Virus record (IMG/VR): IMGVR_UViG_3300032167_000030 | Reading direction: 5' to 3' (one strand) | DNA length: 64,000 nucleotides | Source of the DNA: an uncultured virus (IMG/VR IMGVR_UViG_3300032167_000030) | Lineage: Duplodnaviria; Heunggongvirae; Uroviricota; Caudoviricetes | Shown here: piece after piece, positions 40,286 to 49,017 of the stretch | How the letters are laid out: every line of letters starts with the position of its first letter | Numbering within the stretch: position 1 is the first letter of the stretch | Notes under the pieces: model-generated | Seen by the model: the letters and a program-made list of their open reading frames with translations, nothing else | Databases searched by the model: none | Told to the model about the DNA's origin: nothing | Position numbers and translations under genes: made by a program

Positions 40286-41839
40286 TTAACCTCCTAAATT
40301 TTTCATTCTGTATTTTATTAATCCACAATTCCAAACTCTTAAATAACCAGCTTCTTGCATCATTTGCTTTTCAGTTTTAGAATCATCATATATTTCTGGA
40401 AATAGTTTTTTAATCTTATCCTTTCTAAATCCAAATTTATGATGTAACACTAATTCATTTCTTTTATAGTATTTATAATCTGGTTTAGTATAACTTTCAA
40501 TATAGAAATTATTTTTCTCATACATATTTCCTATAGACCAAGTTCTATCAGCAAATGATATAATAGAATTAAATTCATAGTTTCTAGTAAAATATTTTAA
40601 TAGTTTACTAAATCCTCCTTCAATGATATAATTATTATCACTAGCATATCTAGAAAGGTTATATTCGATATCATTAGAATTGTTATTAGTTCTTAAAAAT
40701 GTCATAACTGCAATTAATTGATTCATTTCTTTTTGTTTTTTAGGTATATAATGTTTATAATAAAGACCTAGATTTATAGTAGTTGTTTTATCTGAACCTT
40801 GAATATGATTTTTATTAAGAAATTTATTCTTTAAATCATCATCAATTTCTTTTATGGTACATTTTCTAGCATATATTTTATACAAATCTGTACTTTCATG
40901 TAAAATATACTTTATTTTTGATTTGACAATTTCTTTTGAATTATACCAATCATTCTCAAATATATGTATTAAACGAATACCATTATTTTCACAATCTTTA
41001 GTTTTATTATAATGATACCATCTATCACATTTACCATTACTACCTTCTTCACTATGCCAATATAAACCATTATATTCTATTGCAAGTTTATCATCTGGTA
41101 GATAAAAATCTAACTCTTGACCCTTTAAAATAGTTCTATCATTAAGAATAATTGTTTTTTTATAAAAAGATTTTAAAAATTCATAAATTTCATCTTCTGC
41201 TTCAGATCTATCCTTTAAAATTTTACATTTAGGACATGGAACAGAATTCTTTTTCAAAGTTGTTTTAAAGTAATCTGGATTAATTGAAAAAATATGTTTA
41301 CAAGAATTATGTCTACATTTTAAATTCTTTCTTTTTCCTTTATATTTTTCCATGAATGTGTATTCACTACCAACTAAACTAAAAATTTCTTTTTTAAAAT
41401 CTTGATCTGATTTTAAGTTATTAGTACTATTTTTCTTACAAGTATCTATTATAATTTCTTTAGCACATTTAGGACATCTTTTTCCATTTTGAAAATTAGT
41501 ATAACTTACATTATATTCATGATTACAGATTTTATGTCTAATTTTAACTGGTGTATGAACATTTGTAATAGTTTTTTCTAGAAGCTCATATTCATTATTG
41601 GCTTCATTTTTGATTGTATCCTTGAAATCTTTTATTGTTATTTTTTGTTTACCATTACATTTAGGGCAAGATTTATACCGTTTAAAATCCTTTGGCCATC
41701 TTTCAAATTCATGTCCAACAGGACATCTGAATTTCATTGAAGTTTTATTATTTTTATATTCAGATAAAATTTCAAAACCTTGATTTAGCAATTCTTTGCA
41801 TTCTAATACATATTCATCATGTGTTTTAAGCATTATCAT
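40286..41839 (-). CDS. Free-standing Hef-like homing endonuclease with Zn-ribbon repeats
   Basis: Three C..(G/N)H...CPKC modules; ELDFYLPDDKLAIEYNGLYWH; YARKC.IKEI...FLNKNHIQG; WNCG C terminus. Confidence 0.75.
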   Translation of the reverse strand: MIMLKTHDEYVLECKELLNQGFEILSEYKNNKTSMKFRCPVGHEFERWPKDFKRYKSCPKCNGKQKITIKDFKDTIKNEANNEYELLEKTITNVHTPVKIRHKICNHEYNVSYTNFQNGKRCPKCAKEIIIDTCKKNSTNNLKSDQDFKKEIFSLVGSEYTFMEKYKGKRKNLKCRHNSCKHIFSINPDYFKTTLKKNSVPCPKCKILKDRSEAEDEIYEFLKSFYKKTIILNDRTILKGQELDFYLPDDKLAIEYNGLYWHSEEGSNGKCDRWYHYNKTKDCENNGIRLIHIFENDWYNSKEIVKSKIKYILHESTDLYKIYARKCTIKEIDDDLKNKFLNKNHIQGSDKTTTINLGLYYKHYIPKKQKEMNQLIAVMTFLRTNNNSNDIEYNLSRYASDNNYIIEGGFSKLLKYFTRNYEFNSIISFADRTWSIGNMYEKNNFYIESYTKPDYKYYKRNELVLHHKFGFRKDKIKKLFPEIYDDSKTEKQMMQEAGYLRVWNCGLIKYRMKNLGG

Positions 41840-41996
41840 TTTCCTTTCTTAAGAAGAATTTACTCTATAAAAATAAAATATATTTTAAAAATTTGTTAGA
41901 AATTAAAAATATTTTTACAAAAAAAAACAATCTCCTAGACTAAAAAGATCTAGGAGATTGTCATTATTTAATTAGCGTAAATTCTTATTAAGATAA

Positions 41997-42180
41997 TTAA
42001 TAACCAGGAGTCTGAGGAACTGCTCCGACATTATTCTTAATAGCAATACGGCAGATTAGAGGCGTGAACTCCTCAAGAGCATGTCTCTTAGTCATCATTA
42101 GACTAGGTACATTAGGCATATTAGGATCACGGTAACCACGCTCAACGTTGAAGGTATAAGGATAGTATTTGTAAGTCATA
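41997..42180 (-). CDS. Major capsid protein, exon 2
   Basis: L-MTYKYYPY...PSLMMTKRH; in frame after splicing. Confidence 0.85.
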
Positions 42181-42415
42181 CTTTTAGTTTTTATACATTC
42201 ATTAGATGTATTTAATCATTAATTTTCATTAATGAACAGACTATATCTTTAACCTAACTATTCTCGCTATCATTAGGTCATTTTGTACTAAATTATCATT
42301 TGATAATCATATAGTCGTTGAACCTTTTATAAAAGGATGCTGATTTACCTTATAGTATTTCCAGCAATTCTCAAAATAATTCTATATTGTTGCCAATATA
42401 GTGGCCTATTAATTA
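42181..42415 (-). mobile_element. Group I intron 5 (235 nt, no ORF) in major capsid gene
   Basis: Minus strand: IGS GGCC pairs with exon GGCT. P 42369-42358, Q 42345, R 42323, S 42249, terminal G at 42181. Confidence 0.9.
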
Positions 42416-43920
42416 AGCCTGTCGATACCAGGAACGAAGAACATAATAAATGCACCAGAAGGAACTAAGTCACTAGAGACCATTTCATACTTGTTAGCAC
42501 CACTAAAGGCACCGAGATTGAAAGAAACGTCAACACCAGACATCTGGTCAGAAGTATGATTGAAGACCCAGTCAACATTAGGAATGATCTGCATGTCAAT
42601 GGGGTTACCAATGATCATGAACTTACCACCATGGAACTTAGCATCAGTCTTCATCTTGATAGCAAAGTAGTCAATGACAGTCTTTAGTTCTTCACGCCAT
42701 GCTTTAGGAGTACCATTGAAGCCAGCAGAAGGAACCATGTTGAACTCACCTAGATACTGGATGTTGTTAACTTCGATAGACTTAGCTAGGAAGTTATAAA
42801 TCTCAATTTCTAGCTGCTGTGCAACAGTCTGAGACATTAGGTCAACAACTTCAGCTGCACCATCGATATTGTAGATAGCCATAGTGTCCTGTAGCCATTC
42901 GATGGGTAGAGGAGCATTTAGGTGGCTGCCAACACCGATAGTAACGTCCTTAGTTAGAACGTCGAAGCTGACGGACTGACCATAGTCATTAGCTTCCTGA
43001 GATAGACGAGCGTCAACCATAACAGCAGAGATTAGGCCGTTGGAGGACATTAGAGTCATCTTGCCTTCAGTGTAGTCAACTTTACCTAGTAGAGTATCAT
43101 AGACTTCGCCATAACGCTTGGTTAGACCAGTAACAGGATCGGTATACTGAACAGGAATAGCAACCTTAGCATAAACTAGAGCCTGTAGATCAGTCTTGAT
43201 ATGAACTCTTAGAGTGACTTCATCGATATCAGCAGGAACTTCAGGTAGAGAAGCAGCAGCCTTTAGGACAGCAGCCTTGTCAGTAACGACATGCTCAACA
43301 TAGAAGACCTTATCAATGGTGTCAGTACCCTTTAGACCAGCAACATCGAAGCCAACAGGCTGACCTTCATAATCAGCAGAGTCAATCTCGAATAGGCTGA
43401 AGTCAGTCATAGGTAGAACTAGACCTTCTGCAGGGTTACGGAAACGAGGTAGCTGAGCCTCAGTGTTACCTAGATAGTTGATAGCATCAGGTAGTTCTTT
43501 CTTATTACCATTAGCATCCATTAGATATGCCTTGGTGTAGGAAATAGCGAAACGAGGAGTAGCAACTACCTGAGTAGGAATAGCGTGCTTTAGAGCAACC
43601 TTTGCCCACATCTTACGAATGGTAGGCATAGATAAGCCAGCGATCTGCTGTACACCAGAGACAGAAGCTTCCTGTAGCATCTGAGTACGAGCATTATCCA
43701 TTAGCTGATTGAAGTTCTCAATCTGATCGGGTTCCATACCCTCTAATAGATGATCTTTATATTCGTTAAATAGAGTCTGTTCAGATAGAATCTCTTCCAT
43801 ACCCTGATGGGAGGTCATCTGAATGCCCTTATCTGCAAAGAATTCTGCAGCTTCACGTAGTACATCGGTAAAACCATCGTTCATTCTGGAACGAGCGGTC
43901 TGACGGTATTCAATAGACAT
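42416..43920 (-). CDS. Major capsid protein, exon 1 (spliced product 562 aa)
   Basis: Strongest codon bias in the window; located near the protease; T4 gp23-like C-terminal region (EWLQD...YNIDG..EVVDLMS..VAQQLEIEI). Confidence 0.8.
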
Positions 43921-44153
43921 AATTTGAATTTATCATACACTCTTTCTTTTTGATTAAGTCTATTTTAGATAAAAAAGAGAAATAATCAAAAAATGTATGA
44001 TTTCCTCCTTTCATTAAGAAATAATTTTGAATTTTGTTTGATTTAATATAATCTGATATATTGTTTTGTTTTATTTACTATAGTATAGACGTAACTATAG
44101 TAAATATATGATTAGTAGACTATTGATTTGTTTGATTTTTAATTAGAAAAATT

Positions 44154-44753
44154 TTAAGATTTTTCATTATATGCATCATTTAGCTGTTTTAGCATATCAC
44201 TATATAGCTTAGTTGCCATTTTTAGATACATATAGATTGTTAATAACTGTTGGTAAGAAAGATTTAAATATTGTTCTGTCATTATAATAACTATTTTTTC
44301 TTTATTCTCTTCCATCTTATGAGTTATAAAATTATAAATCTTTTTTGCATCTTCTGGAAGATCTTTAGCTAAGACATTAGAAGAAATATCTTCTAAATTT
44401 TCAATAACAGTTAATAAATCTTTATAATCTTTAAATAGTTTTCTTTTTTTGAAAACATCTTTAACAGGAGGTTGACCCATACTAGGATCAGTTCCCATAT
44501 TACCATCAGTACCACTCATAGAAGGATCCATATCTCCGCCACCCATATCCATTTCTTCCATTCCAGGATCCATATTCATATTACCTTCACCCATGTCATT
44601 TTCTGTACCCATAGAAGCATTCTGTTCTTGAGGTTCAAAAGCAGCATTGTCTTGTGAGGTTTGCATAGTGGCTGTTTGACCCATAGCATCATTAGGTGGT
44701 GCTTCATTTAGTAGGGATAGTAAATATTCTTCACTATATTTTTTTATAGACAT
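44154..44753 (-). CDS. Putative head assembly/scaffold-type protein
   Basis: Met/Gly/Asp-rich low-complexity region; LNE site; upstream of the capsid gene. Confidence 0.45.
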   Translation of the reverse strand: MSIKKYSEEYLLSLLNEAPPNDAMGQTATMQTSQDNAAFEPQEQNASMGTENDMGEGNMNMDPGMEEMDMGGGDMDPSMSGTDGNMGTDPSMGQPPVKDVFKKRKLFKDYKDLLTVIENLEDISSNVLAKDLPEDAKKIYNFITHKMEENKEKIVIIMTEQYLNLSYQQLLTIYMYLKMATKLYSDMLKQLNDAYNEKS

Positions 44754-44774
44754 AATTAATTAACCATCCCTTTC

Positions 44775-45419
44775 TTAAAATGTATAATTTCTAGGTTTAT
44801 TCTTTTTCATTTTAGCTGTTTGTTCTTCGATATGAGAAAGTTTATAATTAAATTCTAAACGTTTTATATTCATATCTAATTCAGCTGACATTTTCTTTAA
44901 TAGAATTAGTTGCTCTTTTTGATCATTAGAAATCTTTTTCATTTTTTCTAATTGTTCAATCTTAGCAACAACAGCTTCTTTATCACCTTTTAGTTTTGTA
45001 TATAAATTTAGAATTTTTTCTCTTTCTATTTTTCCTAATGCTGGAACATTATTAACAGCAGCTTTAGTAAGTGCCATTAAAGGTATACCAATTGTTTTAC
45101 CAACAAATGGAAATTTTGTACATAATTTATAAAGGATATTACTATGATAACCAAATCCTTTAATTAAGTACTCTTCGTCTTTTATACTCTTTTGCATTCT
45201 CTTAAGTAAAGCAGTACTCTTATTTAAAAGATTCTTTTTCTTATTTAGAACTTCAGGATTAGAATTACTCTGATCTAAAGTTTTCTTATCTTTACTATCA
45301 TATAATGTCATTTCTTGTAATAGTCTCTTACTATCGTTTTCAATTTCTTGTAAGATTTCGTTAGAAAATTCCATATATAAATTAAACACTCCTTTCTTTA
45401 CTAGAATTAGAAAGTTCAT
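44775..45419 (-). CDS. Hypothetical virion protein (likely start 45374)
   Basis: ORF with SD and AACA-N6-TA at 45444-45455. Confidence 0.55.
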   Translation of the reverse strand: MNFLILVKKGVFNLYMEFSNEILQEIENDSKRLLQEMTLYDSKDKKTLDQSNSNPEVLNKKKNLLNKSTALLKRMQKSIKDEEYLIKGFGYHSNILYKLCTKFPFVGKTIGIPLMALTKAAVNNVPALGKIEREKILNLYTKLKGDKEAVVAKIEQLEKMKKISNDQKEQLILLKKMSAELDMNIKRLEFNYKLSHIEEQTAKMKKNKPRNYTF

Positions 45420-45558
45420 AGTTAAGTATTTTCTTATCTAATTTAATAAAATGTTGAAACTAATGATTTTTATAATAAAACTAGTATTTTTAGATAATAA
45501 AGATTCAACATTTCATTATATGATACCCTTATTTTAAAGAAAGGAGTTGTAATGTATT

Positions 45559-45792
45559 TTGAGAGATGAAAAAATTAAGGGATATATCATTTCTGAAGAT
45601 GCTATATCTACTACACCTAGAATTATTAGTGATAAATCTGGTCAACCTACTGTAATTGAAACTATATTACAAGAGGGTGATGTACAGAATCGTAATAAAC
45701 GTATTTATCCTACTGATACTATTAAGAAAGCTTTAACTTCTGAATATGTACAGGAAAGATTAAATACTAAGTCTTGGGTTGGAGAAGCAGGT
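45559..45792 (+). CDS. Prohead core protease (T4 gp21-like), exon 1
   Basis: LQEGDVQNRNKRIYP...WVGEAG. Spliced product is 264 aa. Confidence 0.88.
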
Positions 45793-46265
45793 AAAATAAG
45801 GATTGCCTAACCATAATGATAACATATGGTTTTAACTATTCTTAAATGCTGGAAACTATAAAGAATTTAGTTTATACAATCAGCAGCTTAGATAAAAACT
45901 AAAAAAAAAAGAAACCCCATTATAAGGATATAAATAACCTTTCTTTAGATTATCTAACTTTTGGGAAGTTAATGGGATTTTCTTTTTTTAGAGAATATTT
46001 CTTCTTTTGTATACTATGTTAAAAAGTTCTAAAGTATTATTTTTATTATAATACAGTTTTCTTTTGTATAGTACAAAGTGATTATATATAGCTATAATAG
46101 TACGCTTTACGTTTTATCTAAGTTCAACGACTATAAAAGAGTTTTAGTAAGCTCGTAATAGAAAAGTATTCTTATTTATAAGGATAGAGATATAGTCTAA
46201 TCTAGGTAGAAATACTTAGCTTTTTAATGAAGTTATAGAATTAACGATTCTATATAAAGAAAATG
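45793..46265 (+). mobile_element. Group I intron 6 (473 nt) in protease gene
   Basis: IGS GCCT pairs with exon AGGT. P 45844, Q 45878, R 46122, S ~46189, terminal G46265. Splicing restores GEAG|HP. Confidence 0.92.
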
Positions 46266-46521
46266 CATCCATTATCTCCAACTGTTGAAAGACAATTGTA
46301 TATTGATCAATCTAATTTATCTCACTTAATTACTGATGTATGGTGGGAAGGTAATTTACTAAAAGGTCGTGTCGAAACCTGTTTAACTGAAAGAGGTAAA
46401 GACATGCAAGGTTTAATCAGACAAGGAATGCAAGTAGCATTCTCAATGAGAGGATTTGGACCTGTTTCTGAAAAGAAAGGTGATATTACTTATATCAAAG
46501 ATCCTCTACACATTTTAACGT
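46266..46521 (+). CDS. Prohead protease, exon 2
   Basis: HP...SHLI...AFSMRGFG (cf. gp21 GVSSRG.G). Confidence 0.88.
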
Positions 46522-47945
46522 AGATTGTGCGATTATAACTAGTAATAGTTATACTAAATCTCTTTAATTGCTGGAACATACAAAAAATTGTATTATCAGC
46601 AGCTTAAAAACGTAAAAAAAAGATCCCATTATAAAATAATGGAATCTTTTTATAGAATTATTTAATAAGTTTTAGTCCTTCCTTAAAGGCTTTTCCGATA
46701 ATTGCATTTTTATTTCTAGTTTTAAGTAATTCAGGAATATTGGATCCATTAATTGGATAATACTTTTTAAGAAGATCTAATTCATAATCTGTCCAACTAT
46801 CTTCCAATTTAGATACTCGTTCAATTCTAGCTTTAGTTTTAATTGAACTTGTAGTTCTAGTTTTAAGTAATTCAGGAATATTGTATCCATTAATTGGATA
46901 ATACTTTTTAAGAAGATCTAATTCATAATCTGTCCAAGGATCATTATCTCGTTCACCTAATCCTAATCTAATTGCTTGATTAGTAATTGCCACTACAGTT
47001 CTAGTTTTAAGCAATTCAGGAATATTGGATCCATTAATTGGATAATACTTTTTAAGAAGATTTAATTCATCTACAGTCCAATGTTTTTTACTTTTTCTTT
47101 TTGGATTATTTGGACTAATTACAAATAACTTTTCCTTACGTGCCATGTCAATAATTGAATATGCAGTTCTAGTTTTAAGCAATTCAGGAATTTTGTATCC
47201 ATTAATTGGATAATACTTTTTAAGAAGATCTAATTCATAATCTGTCCAAGGATCATTACACTCTAATTTTAATAATCCTTCGATATTAGCTCTACTCCTA
47301 ATTGCATTTTCAGTTCTAGTTTTAAGCAATTTAGGAATATTAGATCCATTAATTGGATAATACTTTTTAAGAAGATCTAATTCATAATCTGTCCAAGAGT
47401 CTTCTGTTTTAGTTAATCCTTCGATATTAGCTCTACTCCTAATTGCATTTTCAGTTCTAGTTTTAAGTAATTCAGGAATATTAGATCCATATGTCGGATA
47501 ATATTTCTTAAGAAGATTTAATTCATATTCAGTCCAAGGTTCATTAAAATCGAGATTAACTAGATTCATTTTAAATGCTTTTGTTCTAATTGCTACTGCA
47601 GTTCTAGTTTTAAGTAGTTCAGGAATATTTACACCTTTAGTTGGATATTCTCGTCTAAGAATTTTTAATTCTTCTTGCGACCAATGTTTTTTAGATGTAG
47701 ACATAAAAACACTCCTTATGTTATGTAAAGATTAGTACACATTTATAATATATAAATAAAAATTTTTTAATTACGTTTTTAAGTTCAACGACTATTAGTA
47801 CATTCTAAATCTCTTAAGAATGGAAATAAGAGAAGTCTTTTATACCGCACATATAGAAGATTTTGATATAGTCTCACCTTTGTTTTATAACAAAGTAGTT
47901 GTTAAGACAACACTTATAGTTTAAAGATCTATAAGGAAGATACTG
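46522..47945 (+). mobile_element. Group I intron 7 (1424 nt) in protease gene
   Basis: P 46566, Q 46594, R 47783, S 47865, terminal G47945. Splicing gives ILT-Y-DWVLHPS. Confidence 0.92.
46658..47704 (-). CDS. Intron-borne antisense Myb/SANT-like tandem-repeat protein (7 repeats)
   Basis: 7 x WTDYELDLLKKYYPINGSNIPELLKTRT-like units, each with a variable helix; SD AAGGAG; paralog of 2605..3798. Confidence 0.8.
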   Translation of the reverse strand: MSTSKKHWSQEELKILRREYPTKGVNIPELLKTRTAVAIRTKAFKMNLVNLDFNEPWTEYELNLLKKYYPTYGSNIPELLKTRTENAIRSRANIEGLTKTEDSWTDYELDLLKKYYPINGSNIPKLLKTRTENAIRSRANIEGLLKLECNDPWTDYELDLLKKYYPINGYKIPELLKTRTAYSIIDMARKEKLFVISPNNPKRKSKKHWTVDELNLLKKYYPINGSNIPELLKTRTVVAITNQAIRLGLGERDNDPWTDYELDLLKKYYPINGYNIPELLKTRTTSSIKTKARIERVSKLEDSWTDYELDLLKKYYPINGSNIPELLKTRNKNAIIGKAFKEGLKLIK

Positions 47946-48250
47946 ACGATTGGGTATTACATCCCTCTCATAGACCTGCTTATATGCAGAAAGTTTTACA
48001 AGAAAATACTTCATTCATTCCTATGTCTGAGTCTTATTTTATTCCTTTAACTGAAGACTCTATTGTTAATTATCTAAATACTGAAAGTAAGAATATTAAA
48101 TCTTTAAAAGACCAGTATAATTTCCAAGATGCAATTGCATTAGGTAAGAAAGGTAACTTAGTTTACTTCCAAGAAGGTAATGATATTCTAGCTGCTTATT
48201 TAGAAGATTATATTAATATAGAATTAGACAGATATCTAGCTAATTTATAA
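47946..48250 (+). CDS. Prohead protease, exon 3
   Basis: DWVLHPSHRPAYMQKV... (cf. DxVxxPS). Confidence 0.85.
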
Positions 48251-48371
48251 AAATTGTATAGATTGTTAAGGTTTTATCTAGCTAATTTTTCGTTTCCTTC
48301 TTAAGAACATACTATTAAAGCAATACTTTACATTTTATAAATGTAAAAATATGAAAGAAAGGAGTACTTAA

Positions 48372-48656
48372 ATGGCTGGCATTCATAAGATAAAAGCTAA
48401 ACAAATTGACATTGCAAGTGTTGAAACTGAATTAAAAGATTCTTTTTTAAGTAAGTCAAGTGATGATCTAATTAGATTAGAAGAATCTATTGATGGAAAA
48501 GCACCAGTTGATAATCCAGTTTTTACTGGAACTGTTACTTTGCCACCTGTTAATTCTGAAACTGGTAAAGATAATTTAAAGGCTGCTACTGTTGGATTTG
48601 TTATCGAACAATTAGAGAATATTCTAATTGGTAATCTTGATGGCGGTGAAATTTAA
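48372..48656 (+). CDS. Small tail-fibre-associated protein
   Basis: KAPVDNPVFTGTVTLP...AATVGFV fibre repeat motif. Confidence 0.6.
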   Translation: MAGIHKIKAKQIDIASVETELKDSFLSKSSDDLIRLEESIDGKAPVDNPVFTGTVTLPPVNSETGKDNLKAATVGFVIEQLENILIGNLDGGEI

Positions 48657-48669
48657 GGAGTAGTGGATT

Positions 48670-49017
48670 ATGGCAAAAATAACAAGAATTCAATTTAAAC
48701 GTGGTCCTGCTTCAAAATGGAAAGAACTAAATATAGTTCTGCGATCTGGTGAACCTGGCTATGTTACAGACGAAAATCGATTTAAGATCGGTGATGGTGT
48801 AACACCTTGGAATCAACTAGGTTATGTTGGTGAAAATAATGTAATTAATGCTAAAACACATTATGATTTTCCATCTATAGGTAGTGCTAATACTATTTAT
48901 AAAGCAGAATCTGAACAAAAAATATATCAGTGGAATACAACCACTCTTAGATATGAAGCTTTAAATTATTCTAATGATTTAGACATAACATTAATCAATG
49001 GAGGTAATGCTGAATGA
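48670..49017 (+). CDS. Mtd_N/hyaluronidase-N-like fibre protein
   Basis: RIQFKRG....W......L..GE.G...D..RFKIGDG.TPW..L.Y. Confidence 0.7.
   Translation: MAKITRIQFKRGPASKWKELNIVLRSGEPGYVTDENRFKIGDGVTPWNQLGYVGENNVINAKTHYDFPSIGSANTIYKAESEQKIYQWNTTTLRYEALNYSNDLDITLINGGNAE

Noticed and set aside
46658..47704. Intron ORF as a homing endonuclease
   Set aside because: The protein is entirely repeats, with no HNH, GIY-YIG, LAGLIDADG or PD-(D/E)xK motif.
2469..48250. Fragmented RNAP, portal, capsid and protease ORFs as pseudogenes or evidence of stop-codon recoding
   Set aside because: Every break coincides with a full P/Q/R/S intron core, and removal restores the frame and conserved motifs. Other long genes are intact in the standard code.
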